Assembly: GCA_963668625.2 (NCBI GenBank)
Contig: CAXXKA010000008.1
Coordinates: 1,334,154 to 1,398,153, forward strand
Direction: 5' to 3'
From: an uncultured candidate division Zixibacteria bacterium
Lineage (GTDB): Bacteria; Zixibacteria; MSB-5A5; UBA10806; 4484-95
Length of the DNA stretch: 64,000 bases
The notes below the pieces were generated by a model. It did no database searches and was not told the DNA's origin. It saw nothing but the letters and a program-made list of their open reading frames with translations. Position 1 is the first letter of the stretch; each line of letters opens with the position of its first letter. Shown piece by piece: positions 30,068 to 39,695 of the stretch. A program made the position numbers and the translations under genes.

Positions 30068-33000
30068 ATGCGGCTTATATTTAAGACGGTTTTGATATCA
30101 GTGATTGTATTGCAAGCATCACTCGTTTTTGCTTTTACACCGTCCGGTTTACTTGAGGTTCACTATATAAATGTTCAGCAGGGCGGCTCTACGCTTATTA
30201 TCGGCCCTGATGGAACAACTATATTGATGGATGCGGGCGAAAATGGTAAAGGGACTAGTGAGGTTATTCCATATTTGCAGTCAATCGGATTGACCACATC
30301 TGATGATTTGGACTACATTATTGCCGGACACCTTCACAGCGACCATATCGGTGGTATAGAAGAAGTGATTTATGGCGGTTATAATGTTTTAAGCGCAGTG
30401 TACTATAGTGGTAGTGCCTATTCTAATTCTGTGGTGACGAGTTTTAAAACTGCCGCAAACTCGACTACCGGCGGCCTTCAAGTGATTGCTCTTAACTCGG
30501 TTATTGATCTAGGCGATGGAGCAACCGCCAGGTGTGTTGCAACGAACGGATATGTTTTAGGCGGCGACAGTAATTTGGCCGGCAGTAATGAGAATGATAG
30601 AAGTATAGCCATACTTGTTACCTATGGTGATTTTGAATATATATTCGCCAGTGATTTAAGTGGTGGTGATGATGACGAATGGTGTACCTACCGTCACACG
30701 GCAACCAATTACCACAATATCGAAACCCCTTTATCCGATTCTCTGGTTCATCCACGATTTGGTCTTCTGGATGATGGATACGGGCTTGAGGTCATGCATG
30801 TCAACCATCATGGCAGCGAAAGCGCCATGAATAGCGATTACATGAACAACCTGCATCCTGCGGTAGCCTGTATTTCGCTTGGCTGGGGACAACCGGATGG
30901 CTGGGATTTTCCCAGGCATGACATTCTTGATAATGTACTTTTAGCTGAAGCTCCCGGTGGATGCGTAACAGCCGATCCGGCGTTAGTATTGCAGACCGAA
31001 GAGGGTTCAGGCGGACCCGATACGTATAGAAGCTATAGAGGTTACGCCGTGGGTGATATAATTATCACTACTAATGGCGAGGCATTGTATTGGATCGAAG
31101 CTACCGGAGCGGTTTCAGGCGGCCCAGACGAGAGAAGCTCCGCCGGCTTACCGCGGTATTTCCCACTCGATGAGGATGCTGGTGACGCGACAGCGCCGTC
31201 AGCGATAAGCAATCTCTCGGCGGTTGGTGGCCCCAATACCGATGAGATCACATTGAGTTGGACAGCTACCGGTGATGACAACGGCACCGGTACGGCGGCT
31301 CTTTACGATATAAGATATCGATTGTATTCGCAGGGGCCGATTGACTCCGAATCCGATTTTAACTCGGCTATGGAGGTGGATGGCGAATCTTTCCCGCAAG
31401 CTTCCGGCTCATCGGAAAGCTTCACGATCTCCGGTCTCACCTATGGCGAGAGTTACTATTTCGCTATTAAGGCAATCGATGATAATCTCAACGAGAGCGA
31501 TATCTCCAACAGCCCTACCGCGACCGCCGGATTGATTACAGCCGGTTTCAACGGCGATATGGAGTTCTGGGATGACAACGGCATGAGTGGACCTCCGGAT
31601 AATTGGAATGTTTTAACCTCCAGTATCAATGCCATACAGGAAAGCGGCACGGTGCATGGCGGAAGTTATAGCGCCGAGGTTACCTGGACATCCGAAATCC
31701 AGGCTGATTGCGAATTTTACTCCAATGTTATGACAATAACCGAAGGTGAATTTTATACCTGCAGCCTTTATGTTTACGATAACGATCCGGCAGGTCATGT
31801 TGCCCTGTATTATAAATGGGATACGGAAAATTCATGGGGACCAACCACCTACAATTCTGACCTGGCTGATTGGCAATTGTTAACTTACACCGTCCAGGCG
31901 CCGGTTGGCGCAACTACTCTTGAGGTCGTGTTCAGGTGCTATGATCTAGCTGCCTCATGGGATGGCGATGCCACTATTTATCTTGATGATATCACCCTGG
32001 ATGAAGGTTTCGTTGGCAATCTTCCGCCGGAATTCGGAGGCATATATCGCTATCCTTACCCGGTTGTATATCCTGAGGATAACGTAGCGGTCAGAGCGGA
32101 GATAATAGATGATGGATTACTTCCCAAAGATAGCCTGTATTACCAGATGTCGACCCTGTTGACTTATACGGCAGTTGGGCATGATAGTATCGGAACCGCT
32201 AATGAGGATTATTACTGGTATACGATTCCGGCCGCTTCCGTGGGAACCCTGGTCGAATATTATATCGTCGCCGAGGATGATTCCTCCCAGCGAATAGAGT
32301 CATCGGTAATGAGCTACGGAATAAGCGAACATCCATCCAATGATTTACCGAACGGTGATTTCGAACTATGGACCGTTAACGGCGCCGGTGGCCCTCCCGA
32401 TAACTGGGTTCTGAATACCGGCGGTTATGAGGCTACACAGGAAGGCTCGACCGTTCATGGCGGCAATTACAGCTGTAACCTCACCTGGACCAGCCAATCG
32501 ACTCAAAGTATGAATTCCGAACCGTTGACAATTACTCCCGGTGAGACATATTCCTGCAGTGTTTATGTTTATGATAATGATCCGGCCGGAAGATTCCGTT
32601 TATGTTTCATCTCCTCGGATGGTAATAACAGTTACCCCGAAAACTATTCCAGCGATCAAGCCGGTTGGCAGCATTTAGGTTATACATGGGTGGCGCCCGC
32701 GACATCGGAGTGGGTGATAGTACAACCCCGTATGTACGATGTCAGCAGCAGTTGGGACGGCAATGCCACGGTTTATATAGATGATATAGTGTTCTCCGAT
32801 ACGTCAACCGGTCAGCAAGAAAATACTATCTATGAAGTTCAATTCAACAACTCCACTCAAGGGTCCGGTGATGACTGTTTCAGCTCGCCGTACGTTTCGC
32901 AGTCGATTTCATTGACCGGCACGGTAGTAGCTATTCAGCAAGGAGAGCATCCCAACTACTTCCTTCAGGATTGCACGACGGGGCTATGGAACGGCATATA

Positions 33001-34069
33001 TGTCTACGATGATACCCGCAGCCTGACACTGGGACAGAATATATCGATAAGCGGTACGGTTTCCGAATATTATGGCCTGACCGAGTTAACCAACACCGCT
33101 AATTTCGTATCTAACTCCTCAGGAAACGCTATTTGCACAACCCTGGTTACCTCCGATGAGCTTAATGAGGCATGTAACGCCGGCAGTGAGGCGTACGAGG
33201 GTATGCTGGTGAGGTTAAACGATGTCACCTGCGTCGTTGGGCCGGATAGTTATGGTGTCGGTTATTTGAAATCCTCGGGCGCAACTGACTCGTGCTTATT
33301 CGATGATGATATGCACGCTTACGGTACCGACCACCCGGTCGATTTCGTGGCCGGCCAGACTTATAGCTACGTGATAGGAGTCGTGCAGTACTTATACGGC
33401 CAGTACAAGGTAAATCCACGCTTCGCTTCTGATGTCGTTATTTCTGGAAACGATCCGCCTGCTATTTCGAATATCACTCGCTACCCGAGCGGATCGGTTT
33501 ATTACGATGATAATGTTATAGTCAGTGCACAGATTGCGGATGACGGCATGGTGACGAAAGACAGTATCTATGTCGAAACGATAGCCGCAAGCTATACGGC
33601 GTTTCCCCATGATAGTGTTAACGGTGATCTCTACTGGTACACTATCGGAGTTATAGATTCGGGAACGACGGTGAATTACTATATAGTTGCCATTGATGAC
33701 GCGGATGACAGAACTCAGTCCGGGATCGGAAACTATGTAGTCCAGGGACAATCGGGAGATAATTTCGAATATCTTCCCGGTGATGCCAACATGGCCGCCG
33801 CAGCCTGGCCGCCGAACGTAATCGGCGCTGATGTTACCTACCTGGTGAACTATTTCCGGGCAATCGCCAGTCCGTGTCTACTTGACGGTTTCTATGCCTC
33901 CGGTGACGCGAACGGCGACTGTGCGGTAATCGGAGCTGATGTGACCTACCTCGTTCAGTACTTCCGTGGCGCCAACGATATTCAATACTGCCCGGATTAT
34001 GAACCGGCCTGGTCCACCCCGGATGAATTACCGGTCAACGAACCGGATGGTTGGCCTAACTGCGAATGA
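30068..34069 (+). CDS. Large secreted MBL-fold (ComEC-like) hydrolase with FN3, 2x CBM-like, 2x Ig-like, OB-fold and dockerin-like domains
   Basis: Signal peptide and MBL motifs NVQQG, MDAG, HLHSDH, NENDRSI, HHGS. FN3 motif LSWTATGDD and repeated NGDxE-W...GPPDNW modules. OB-like GIYVYD...GTVSEYYGLTEL and EAYEGMLV. Dockerin-like tail. Confidence 0.85.
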   Translation: MRLIFKTVLISVIVLQASLVFAFTPSGLLEVHYINVQQGGSTLIIGPDGTTILMDAGENGKGTSEVIPYLQSIGLTTSDDLDYIIAGHLHSDHIGGIEEVIYGGYNVLSAVYYSGSAYSNSVVTSFKTAANSTTGGLQVIALNSVIDLGDGATARCVATNGYVLGGDSNLAGSNENDRSIAILVTYGDFEYIFASDLSGGDDDEWCTYRHTATNYHNIETPLSDSLVHPRFGLLDDGYGLEVMHVNHHGSESAMNSDYMNNLHPAVACISLGWGQPDGWDFPRHDILDNVLLAEAPGGCVTADPALVLQTEEGSGGPDTYRSYRGYAVGDIIITTNGEALYWIEATGAVSGGPDERSSAGLPRYFPLDEDAGDATAPSAISNLSAVGGPNTDEITLSWTATGDDNGTGTAALYDIRYRLYSQGPIDSESDFNSAMEVDGESFPQASGSSESFTISGLTYGESYYFAIKAIDDNLNESDISNSPTATAGLITAGFNGDMEFWDDNGMSGPPDNWNVLTSSINAIQESGTVHGGSYSAEVTWTSEIQADCEFYSNVMTITEGEFYTCSLYVYDNDPAGHVALYYKWDTENSWGPTTYNSDLADWQLLTYTVQAPVGATTLEVVFRCYDLAASWDGDATIYLDDITLDEGFVGNLPPEFGGIYRYPYPVVYPEDNVAVRAEIIDDGLLPKDSLYYQMSTLLTYTAVGHDSIGTANEDYYWYTIPAASVGTLVEYYIVAEDDSSQRIESSVMSYGISEHPSNDLPNGDFELWTVNGAGGPPDNWVLNTGGYEATQEGSTVHGGNYSCNLTWTSQSTQSMNSEPLTITPGETYSCSVYVYDNDPAGRFRLCFISSDGNNSYPENYSSDQAGWQHLGYTWVAPATSEWVIVQPRMYDVSSSWDGNATVYIDDIVFSDTSTGQQENTIYEVQFNNSTQGSGDDCFSSPYVSQSISLTGTVVAIQQGEHPNYFLQDCTTGLWNGIYVYDDTRSLTLGQNISISGTVSEYYGLTELTNTANFVSNSSGNAICTTLVTSDELNEACNAGSEAYEGMLVRLNDVTCVVGPDSYGVGYLKSSGATDSCLFDDDMHAYGTDHPVDFVAGQTYSYVIGVVQYLYGQYKVNPRFASDVVISGNDPPAISNITRYPSGSVYYDDNVIVSAQIADDGMVTKDSIYVETIAASYTAFPHDSVNGDLYWYTIGVIDSGTTVNYYIVAIDDADDRTQSGIGNYVVQGQSGDNFEYLPGDANMAAAAWPPNVIGADVTYLVNYFRAIASPCLLDGFYASGDANGDCAVIGADVTYLVQYFRGANDIQYCPDYEPAWSTPDELPVNEPDGWPNCE

Positions 34070-34142
34070 ACTCCTGATTCGAGTAATTTGGCTTAGCTAC
34101 TACTTCTTAAAAGTTGTTCTAGCACTTTAACTTTGAACTACC

Positions 34143-34172
34143 GAAGGCGGCTCTGAAAAGAGCCGCCTTATT
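34143..34172 (+). terminator. Terminator after the 30068 gene
   Basis: AAGGCGGCTCT-GAAA-AGAGCCGCCTT stem followed by ATT. Confidence 0.6.
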
Positions 34173-34372
34173 GATATTCGATAGAAAAAGTAATCAAACC
34201 AATTTCATTGTCAGATCACCAGTGTCATGGATTAATTTACTATCTTGATCATTTTACGGAGTAAAAATCGGCTAAATGATTTCAGAACCGAATTACAAGT
34301 TAGCATCAGAATACTGCTCCGCTTTCAAACTGACAAATTTTACCGAAATAAGAGTTGGTTCCCCTGGTTTTC

Positions 34373-34494
34373 GGGCGCTGCGTGGACGAAGTCCTTTGTT
34401 CATCCTTGCCCGGCGACATGCCGCATGAAATCAGGTGTCAGGAATGGATTCCTGACACCACCGTCATCCAATAAGGACTTTTTCAACAACCCCT
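34373..34494. mobile_element. Putative MITE or IS-end remnant
   Basis: Right end AAGGACTTTTTCAACAACCCC resembles IS1182/IS5-type termini. Imperfect left inverse GCTGCGTGGACGAAGTCCTT. Central perfect palindrome GGTGTCAGGAAT-GG-ATTCCTGACACC. Confidence 0.35.
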
Positions 34495-34916
34495 CCCGGC
34501 CGGGAAGCCATATTACGAAGTAGCGCATCGTAACGAAAAGGAAAGGCCGGGCAGTAGCGGTATATTAACATAGCTAATCCTAGCCCGATGTTTCAGGCTG
34601 AAATGTATGATATTCTGAGGCGCACCAAACTAAAGGTCAGGCGCCGGTGAGTTGAATTATGTATGGAAAGCGGATTCTTCTCGACCGTTATGCAGGTTGT
34701 TTTATGGAGTTAAATTGAAAATAAAAAACTGACAACGATGAGGAAAAGTTATAGAATAATTGAGTACTTAAATAGAAATGCCAGCTGAATGTTTATCGGT
34801 AGATTGAGCGCTTGATATGACCTTCATCAGCAAGGATACGTGCGGGGGATACTATCGGGCCAATAGAATCGTATTAATATTGGTATAATACGAAATAGAC
34901 CAGGGAGGAAAAGCTA

Positions 34917-35666
34917 ATGCGATTGATTACCGGATCGGAAGACAAGGCTCTGGTTGCGAAAGCAGCTTCAAGGATATCAGCCGAGTGGCCCGAATTCATG
35001 CTTCATGACCCTGTAGCGGATTATCTGGCCGATTGCTACGAATACCTTCCTGATTTTCAATTTATTATGGTGGAGAAAAACAGCAGTGACGCCCTGGTGA
35101 TTGTCAATTCGATTCCGCTTTCCTGGAATGATGAGATCGATGAACTACCGGATGATGGTTGGGATTGGGCTATGATGAAGGGTATAGATGATTTGCGGTC
35201 TGGGGATAAGGTTAACATTCTTTGTGCGTTACAAATCCTCGTGTTCGGTAAGAATCGTGGCCGTGGGATCAGTCGCATTGCCCTCGAGGCACTGAAAGGA
35301 ATCGGGCAGTCGCATGGTTTGCCTGAAATGATAGCGCCTGTTCGTCCAACCAGGAAAAGTGATTATCCTCTGGAGACAATCGAGCAGTATATTAAAAGAA
35401 CCGACGCCGCCGGTTTTTCCGTTGATTCATGGCTGAGAACTCATCAACGGATAGGTGGGAAGATAATTAAACCCTGTCATGCATCAATGAGGATTTCCGG
35501 AACGGTTGGCGAATGGAAGAGATGGACCGGCATGAATTTCCCGAAATCTGATAGTTACGTGATACCCGGCGCTCTGGTTCCTGTCGAGGTTGACCTGGAA
35601 TCGGCTACGGGTCAGTATACGGAACCGAATGTTTGGATGCATCACGAGTCCAACCCAATAACCTAA
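34917..35666 (+). CDS. GNAT-like acetyltransferase family protein
   Basis: WPEFMLHD, NRGRGISR acetyl-CoA loop, IAPVRPT, WLRTHQRIGG and YTEPNVWM. GGAGG RBS. Confidence 0.7.
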   Translation: MRLITGSEDKALVAKAASRISAEWPEFMLHDPVADYLADCYEYLPDFQFIMVEKNSSDALVIVNSIPLSWNDEIDELPDDGWDWAMMKGIDDLRSGDKVNILCALQILVFGKNRGRGISRIALEALKGIGQSHGLPEMIAPVRPTRKSDYPLETIEQYIKRTDAAGFSVDSWLRTHQRIGGKIIKPCHASMRISGTVGEWKRWTGMNFPKSDSYVIPGALVPVEVDLESATGQYTEPNVWMHHESNPIT

Positions 35667-35731
35667 TCCGTACTTTTATTTATAATTATCGCTTGGATTT
35701 TTCAATATATGTACCGGCTCCGTTCAATGTA

Positions 35732-35758
35732 TCAAATGTGGCGGGAATATGACGATAT
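35732..35758 (+). promoter_or_regulatory. Sigma28-like promoter for the TPR gene
   Basis: TCAA-N15-GACGATAT. Confidence 0.45.
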
Positions 35759-35803
35759 AAACAAGTGATGGCCATTTGTATACCCACCGATAGAAAGGGG
35801 AAG

Positions 35804-36859
35804 GTGAAAATCAAAAAGTTTAACAGATTTTACTTCAATATTCTCATTAATATTGTTTTAGTTTGTGGTTTAACCATCTCCACCGGCCAGGCAAATGAAA
35901 TAGATGCAGAGAATTATATTCTGAAAGAACAATGGGCGGAAGCCATCAATGTTCTTCAGGGAGATTCCATCATTACGAAAAATCCTATAGACAGACTTCT
36001 ATTGGGACATGCTTGTTTGGCAACGAAGCGGCTCAGCGATGCCAGAAGATGGTTCGACTCGGTGGAGGACGATGGTGATTTATTGTTGTGGGCCGATTGG
36101 AATAAAGGACTGCTAAGCAGACATCCCTATAACCCTGTGGCTATCTATTTAACTGCCGACGCGATGTGGCGAATCGGAAAAACCGATAAAGCTATAGAGG
36201 GATACGAGTTAGCCTTAAAAAAAAGAGAAAACTTCGAACTGGTGCTGGAAGCCCTCAGAAGAGTATCCGGCAACGAATATTCATCCGGTAAAAATACCTC
36301 AAAATATAACAGGATAAAACTGGCATCAGGCGATATACCCGCTTATGATGATAATATCGACGGGAGTAGTTCGACTAATACAGATTACCGGAGTAATGGT
36401 GCAGGAGATACCAATCCTGGTTTAAAGCATGACGTAAGTCAATATCAAGATGAGGATTTTGAACGGGCTATATCAGGCTTAAAGAATTCATTGGAAATGG
36501 ACAAAAAGGATTCTCAAGCATTCAGGAGCCGAGGCCATGCTTTCCATAATTTAGGCGAGTATGATAAAGCTATAGCCGACTACGAGATGGCCATAAGTAT
36601 AGATCCGAATTATTTGGAGGTCTATAATGAGCGCGGTATTCTTTATTATGATATAGGACAAATCGATAAGGCTATTTCAGATTTTAGCAGTGCCATTATG
36701 ATTGATCCTGACTATATACAGGCATATATCAACCGGGGAGTTATATATATGGAAACCCTCGGCGAGATTGACAAAGCCTGCGCGGACTGGAAGCGGGCTT
36801 GCGAGCTTGGGCAATGTGGAAATTATTCAAAGGCAAAAAGTGATGGTTACTGCCAATAG
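35804..36859 (+). CDS. Exported tetratricopeptide repeat protein
   Basis: Signal-like N-terminus from GTG 35804. TPR motifs AFRSRGHAFHNLGEYDKAIADY and AYINRG, ending in an ACADWKRACELG cap. Confidence 0.85.
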   Translation: MKIKKFNRFYFNILINIVLVCGLTISTGQANEIDAENYILKEQWAEAINVLQGDSIITKNPIDRLLLGHACLATKRLSDARRWFDSVEDDGDLLLWADWNKGLLSRHPYNPVAIYLTADAMWRIGKTDKAIEGYELALKKRENFELVLEALRRVSGNEYSSGKNTSKYNRIKLASGDIPAYDDNIDGSSSTNTDYRSNGAGDTNPGLKHDVSQYQDEDFERAISGLKNSLEMDKKDSQAFRSRGHAFHNLGEYDKAIADYEMAISIDPNYLEVYNERGILYYDIGQIDKAISDFSSAIMIDPDYIQAYINRGVIYMETLGEIDKACADWKRACELGQCGNYSKAKSDGYCQ

Positions 36860-37338
36860 CCGCTATTCTTTTTTGATAAGCATAACATAAACTAATAATA
36901 GTTATTAAGATACAGCCCGTAAAAAAGCTTTAGATATCAAATCGCCATCTCTTTATATATGTATTTCACATACCGGTTGACAATCGTTCAAGTATGGGGC
37001 ATGCGCCATAATAATATTGATAAGTTCCTCCGTTTCAGAAAGCTACACTCGAATAAGCGGTTGACTACTATAGGATTATCATGACTTTTTAACTCGCAAA
37101 ACCAGGTCTGACCGGCGGCTGAATCCCGGTTGTCGCTGAGATATCGTAAGTCTAGTGTTATTAATGAGTTACTAATATGTTATATGGGATACATCCCATA
37201 CTTTAAATTATCAGGCTTTAATTTTATTACAAGAAATTCTTTAACTCCTTGATATTTGGCTAATTAGGTTTTCGGGTATCTTCTTTGCTTTTAAGTCCCA
37301 TTGAAATGGATTGAGATTAACAAGAAAGAGGGGACAGG

Positions 37339-37902
37339 ATGTTTAATATGAAGAAAAACAAGTTAGCCCGGATATTCATATTCAGTGGATGTTTGATGAT
37401 TATTAGCGCCGCAACGATATTCGCTAATGATTTCGGTGAAATGATCGCCACTGCCACCGTTAGAGGCGCCATCGTAATCACTGAACATCAACCATTAAAT
37501 TTTAGTGAAGGCGGCGATCTTTATCAGGGAGTATCGAAATCCGTTGGTACAGATGAGGCAGGGACAGGTTCATTTATTATTGCTGCCGCGGAGGGCGATA
37601 ATATCCAGGCCCAGCTTCTTCTGCCTGAATATCTTTGGTGTCCCACTGCCGGCGTTAAGCAGAAGTTAACTATTTTCTTCGGTACCACCGATGCTGCCTG
37701 GGCCAGCGCCGGCGAGGCCGATCCTGAACTTGCGGCAGCCGTAACAGTTGTGGATCCTACTAATTTGCCAACAATGACGATTGCTCCGCTTATGACTGAA
37801 ATAAACCTCTTTATAGGTGGAACGGTATATCCCAGCGCTTTTCAGAAAGCTGGAACTTATACAGGGAGTATCGTGCTTTCGGCCTGGTACGAGGGTGACT
37901 GA
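37339..37902 (+). CDS. Pilin-like subunit 1 (DUF4402/chaperone-usher-type)
   Basis: Signal peptide ending IFA, PLNF motif, and C-terminal AGTYTGSIVLSAWY pilin strand. Confidence 0.75.
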   Translation: MFNMKKNKLARIFIFSGCLMIISAATIFANDFGEMIATATVRGAIVITEHQPLNFSEGGDLYQGVSKSVGTDEAGTGSFIIAAAEGDNIQAQLLLPEYLWCPTAGVKQKLTIFFGTTDAAWASAGEADPELAAAVTVVDPTNLPTMTIAPLMTEINLFIGGTVYPSAFQKAGTYTGSIVLSAWYEGD

Positions 37903-38044
37903 TAATCCGAAAGCAAAAAACAATTTAATTATCATAAGAACAATTTAGTGGTTTCCCGGGCTGTAGATAAAATAAATCGACAGCCCATTTATTTTCAAGA
38001 CTTGCTGGTGTCCGGTCGTTTGCATTGTGGATTAAAACATTCCT

Positions 38045-38146
38045 CGTAGGCCTGGTTCCGGAACGAACGGAGTGAATGGAAAATCCGACATTATCACTTA
38101 CTATTGGCAGCATCGGGTTTCTTCCTCCGGTCGAAACGCGGACTTA
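38045..38146. repeat. Degenerate GTAG-type REP pair between pilins 1 and 2
   Basis: CGTAGGCCTGGTTCC...AAATCCGACA and TCGGGTTTC...GAAACGCGGACTTA resemble GTAGGTCGGG.../...CCCGACCTAC elements. Confidence 0.3.
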
Positions 38147-38341
38147 TTCCGGCTAAATAAAACATTTCGAAAAATAGTACTTGCTAATTACTATAGGGAA
38201 GAATTAAACAATTAACTGTAGTTCACCGAACATTAGTGCAATTGAGCAAATAATTTCAAGGCTTAGCGTATTCGATTTTCTTAAGCCGGTATGCCTATTT
38301 ATTGTTTGACTTGTTCTGATTTAATATCTAAAATTGAAATC

Positions 38342-38806
38342 GTGAAATATATTATTCTGATATTAATTTTAATTAACTGGGCTGGATCGTGTTTGGCCCA
38401 AACCGTAACTGCTACCAGTGATTTGCTCTTTGGCGATATATACGCGGGAGTACCCAAGACAATTTTAAAAAGCTCTTCCTCCGAAGCTGCCGAATTTACT
38501 GTCACCGGTACACCTGGTGATGAGTTGGTTCTTACCCTTGATCTGCCTACATATCTTGCTACAACCGGAGCTAATATGCCGGTGTTTTTCAGCAATATCG
38601 ATTGTGCTATTGATTCGACAAACCCTCCGGATCAATCAGACCCTAGCGCTGATGACCTAAACCCTCATGAAATATTGACTTACAGGTTCGGGTCGAATGG
38701 TCAGCTTAATGTGTGGCTGGGGGGAAGACTTGTTCCGGGACTGGTGCAAAAGCCAGGTAACTATATGGCTACTATAAGGTTAACTGCTGTATTGACCGGC
38801 AACTAA
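38342..38806 (+). CDS. Pilin-like subunit 2 (lacks N-terminal extension)
   Basis: GTG start and signal peptide ending CLA. Motifs DLLFGDI, LPTYL, WLGGRLVP and PGNYMATIRLTAV. Confidence 0.7.
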   Translation: MKYIILILILINWAGSCLAQTVTATSDLLFGDIYAGVPKTILKSSSSEAAEFTVTGTPGDELVLTLDLPTYLATTGANMPVFFSNIDCAIDSTNPPDQSDPSADDLNPHEILTYRFGSNGQLNVWLGGRLVPGLVQKPGNYMATIRLTAVLTGN

Positions 38807-38882
38807 CCAGCTTATCTAATATCTCCGCTGTCCAGACCTGAATTTTATTGGTTTCATCGTGCATATTTTTTTTAAGTTTCGC

Positions 38883-38909
38883 TAAGGGTTACACTCAAAA
38901 TGGCGATTT
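38883..38909 (+). promoter_or_regulatory. Sigma28-like promoter for pilin 3
   Basis: TAAG-N15-GGCGATTT. Confidence 0.35.
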
Positions 38910-38992
38910 ATATAGAAGATGAGAACGATCTTCATAAAACGGGAAATATTTGAAAATAAAATAAAACCTAATCTCAAGGAGGAGAGGGAAAA

Positions 38993-39556
38993 ATGAGTAG
39001 AATAAAGAAAAGCAGAATGGCACGGATTGTCGTACTCATTGGTTGTGCGCTGATAATCGGTGTAGGTACTGCCTTTGCTAATGACGTGTTCGAGATGATA
39101 GCAACAGGTACCGTAAGAACTGCTATCGTAATCACGGAACACCAGCCCTTAAATTTTAGTGAGGGTGGCGATCTTTATCAAGGTGTTTCGAAATCAGTCG
39201 GTATCGATGAAGCAGGTACTGGTTCGTTTATTATAACTGCCGCTGAAGGCGATAATATTCAAGCCCAGCTTCTCCTGCCGGAATACCTATGGTGTGCTAC
39301 CGCAGGTGTCAAGCAGCGTGTCGATATTTTCTTTGGCCCGACAGATGCTGCCTGGGATGATACGGGTGATCCTGATCCTGAAACTGCAGTAGGTGCGACC
39401 GTTGTCGACCCCACCAGCTTGCCAACAATGACAGTTGCTGCCGGCCAGACAACAGTTAATCTCTTTCTGGGCGCCACAGTGTATCCGAGCGCTTACCAGA
39501 AAGCCGGTGTTTATACGGGTAGCATAATTTTATCAGCCTGGTACGAAGGTGATTAA
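38993..39556 (+). CDS. Pilin-like subunit 3 (ungapped paralogue of subunit 1; candidate major pilin)
   Basis: 187 aa, same length as subunit 1 with long identical stretches. Strong RBS and its own terminator. Confidence 0.75.
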   Translation: MSRIKKSRMARIVVLIGCALIIGVGTAFANDVFEMIATGTVRTAIVITEHQPLNFSEGGDLYQGVSKSVGIDEAGTGSFIITAAEGDNIQAQLLLPEYLWCATAGVKQRVDIFFGPTDAAWDDTGDPDPETAVGATVVDPTSLPTMTVAAGQTTVNLFLGATVYPSAYQKAGVYTGSIILSAWYEGD

Positions 39557-39581
39557 TTAAAATAGAGACCTGAATAATTTT

Positions 39582-39612
39582 AAAAGGAACCTGCCTAAGG
39601 TTCCTTTTTTTT
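39582..39612 (+). terminator. Rho-independent terminator after pilin 3
   Basis: AAAAGGAACCT-GCCTA-AGGTTCCTTTTTTTT. Confidence 0.75.
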
Positions 39613-39695
39613 GTCCTCGTGATGTAAACTATCCTCATTAAAGTAAAAAATAGCCTGATAGGATATTGCCTGATTATAATATTTTCCGCCTGATG

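Noticed and set aside
34245-34523. 92-aa ORF
   Set aside because: Runs through the MITE-like palindrome, with no RBS or recognisable domain.
34520-34700. Possible integron attC sites (…CGTAAC…, …GTTATGC)
   Set aside because: I could not pair convincing R''/R' and L boxes, and there is no integrase or cassette array. An IntegronFinder run would settle it.
37085-37140. Possible c-di-GMP-I riboswitch upstream of pilin 1 (CGCAAAACC…GGTCT)
   Set aside because: Lacks the GGCAAA-stem-GAAA tetraloop first hairpin; the resemblance is only partial.
37273-37290. Sigma54-like GG-N10-GC motif upstream of pilin 1
   Set aside because: Spacing fits, but the -24 element (GGGTAT) is far from TGGCAC; too weak to call.
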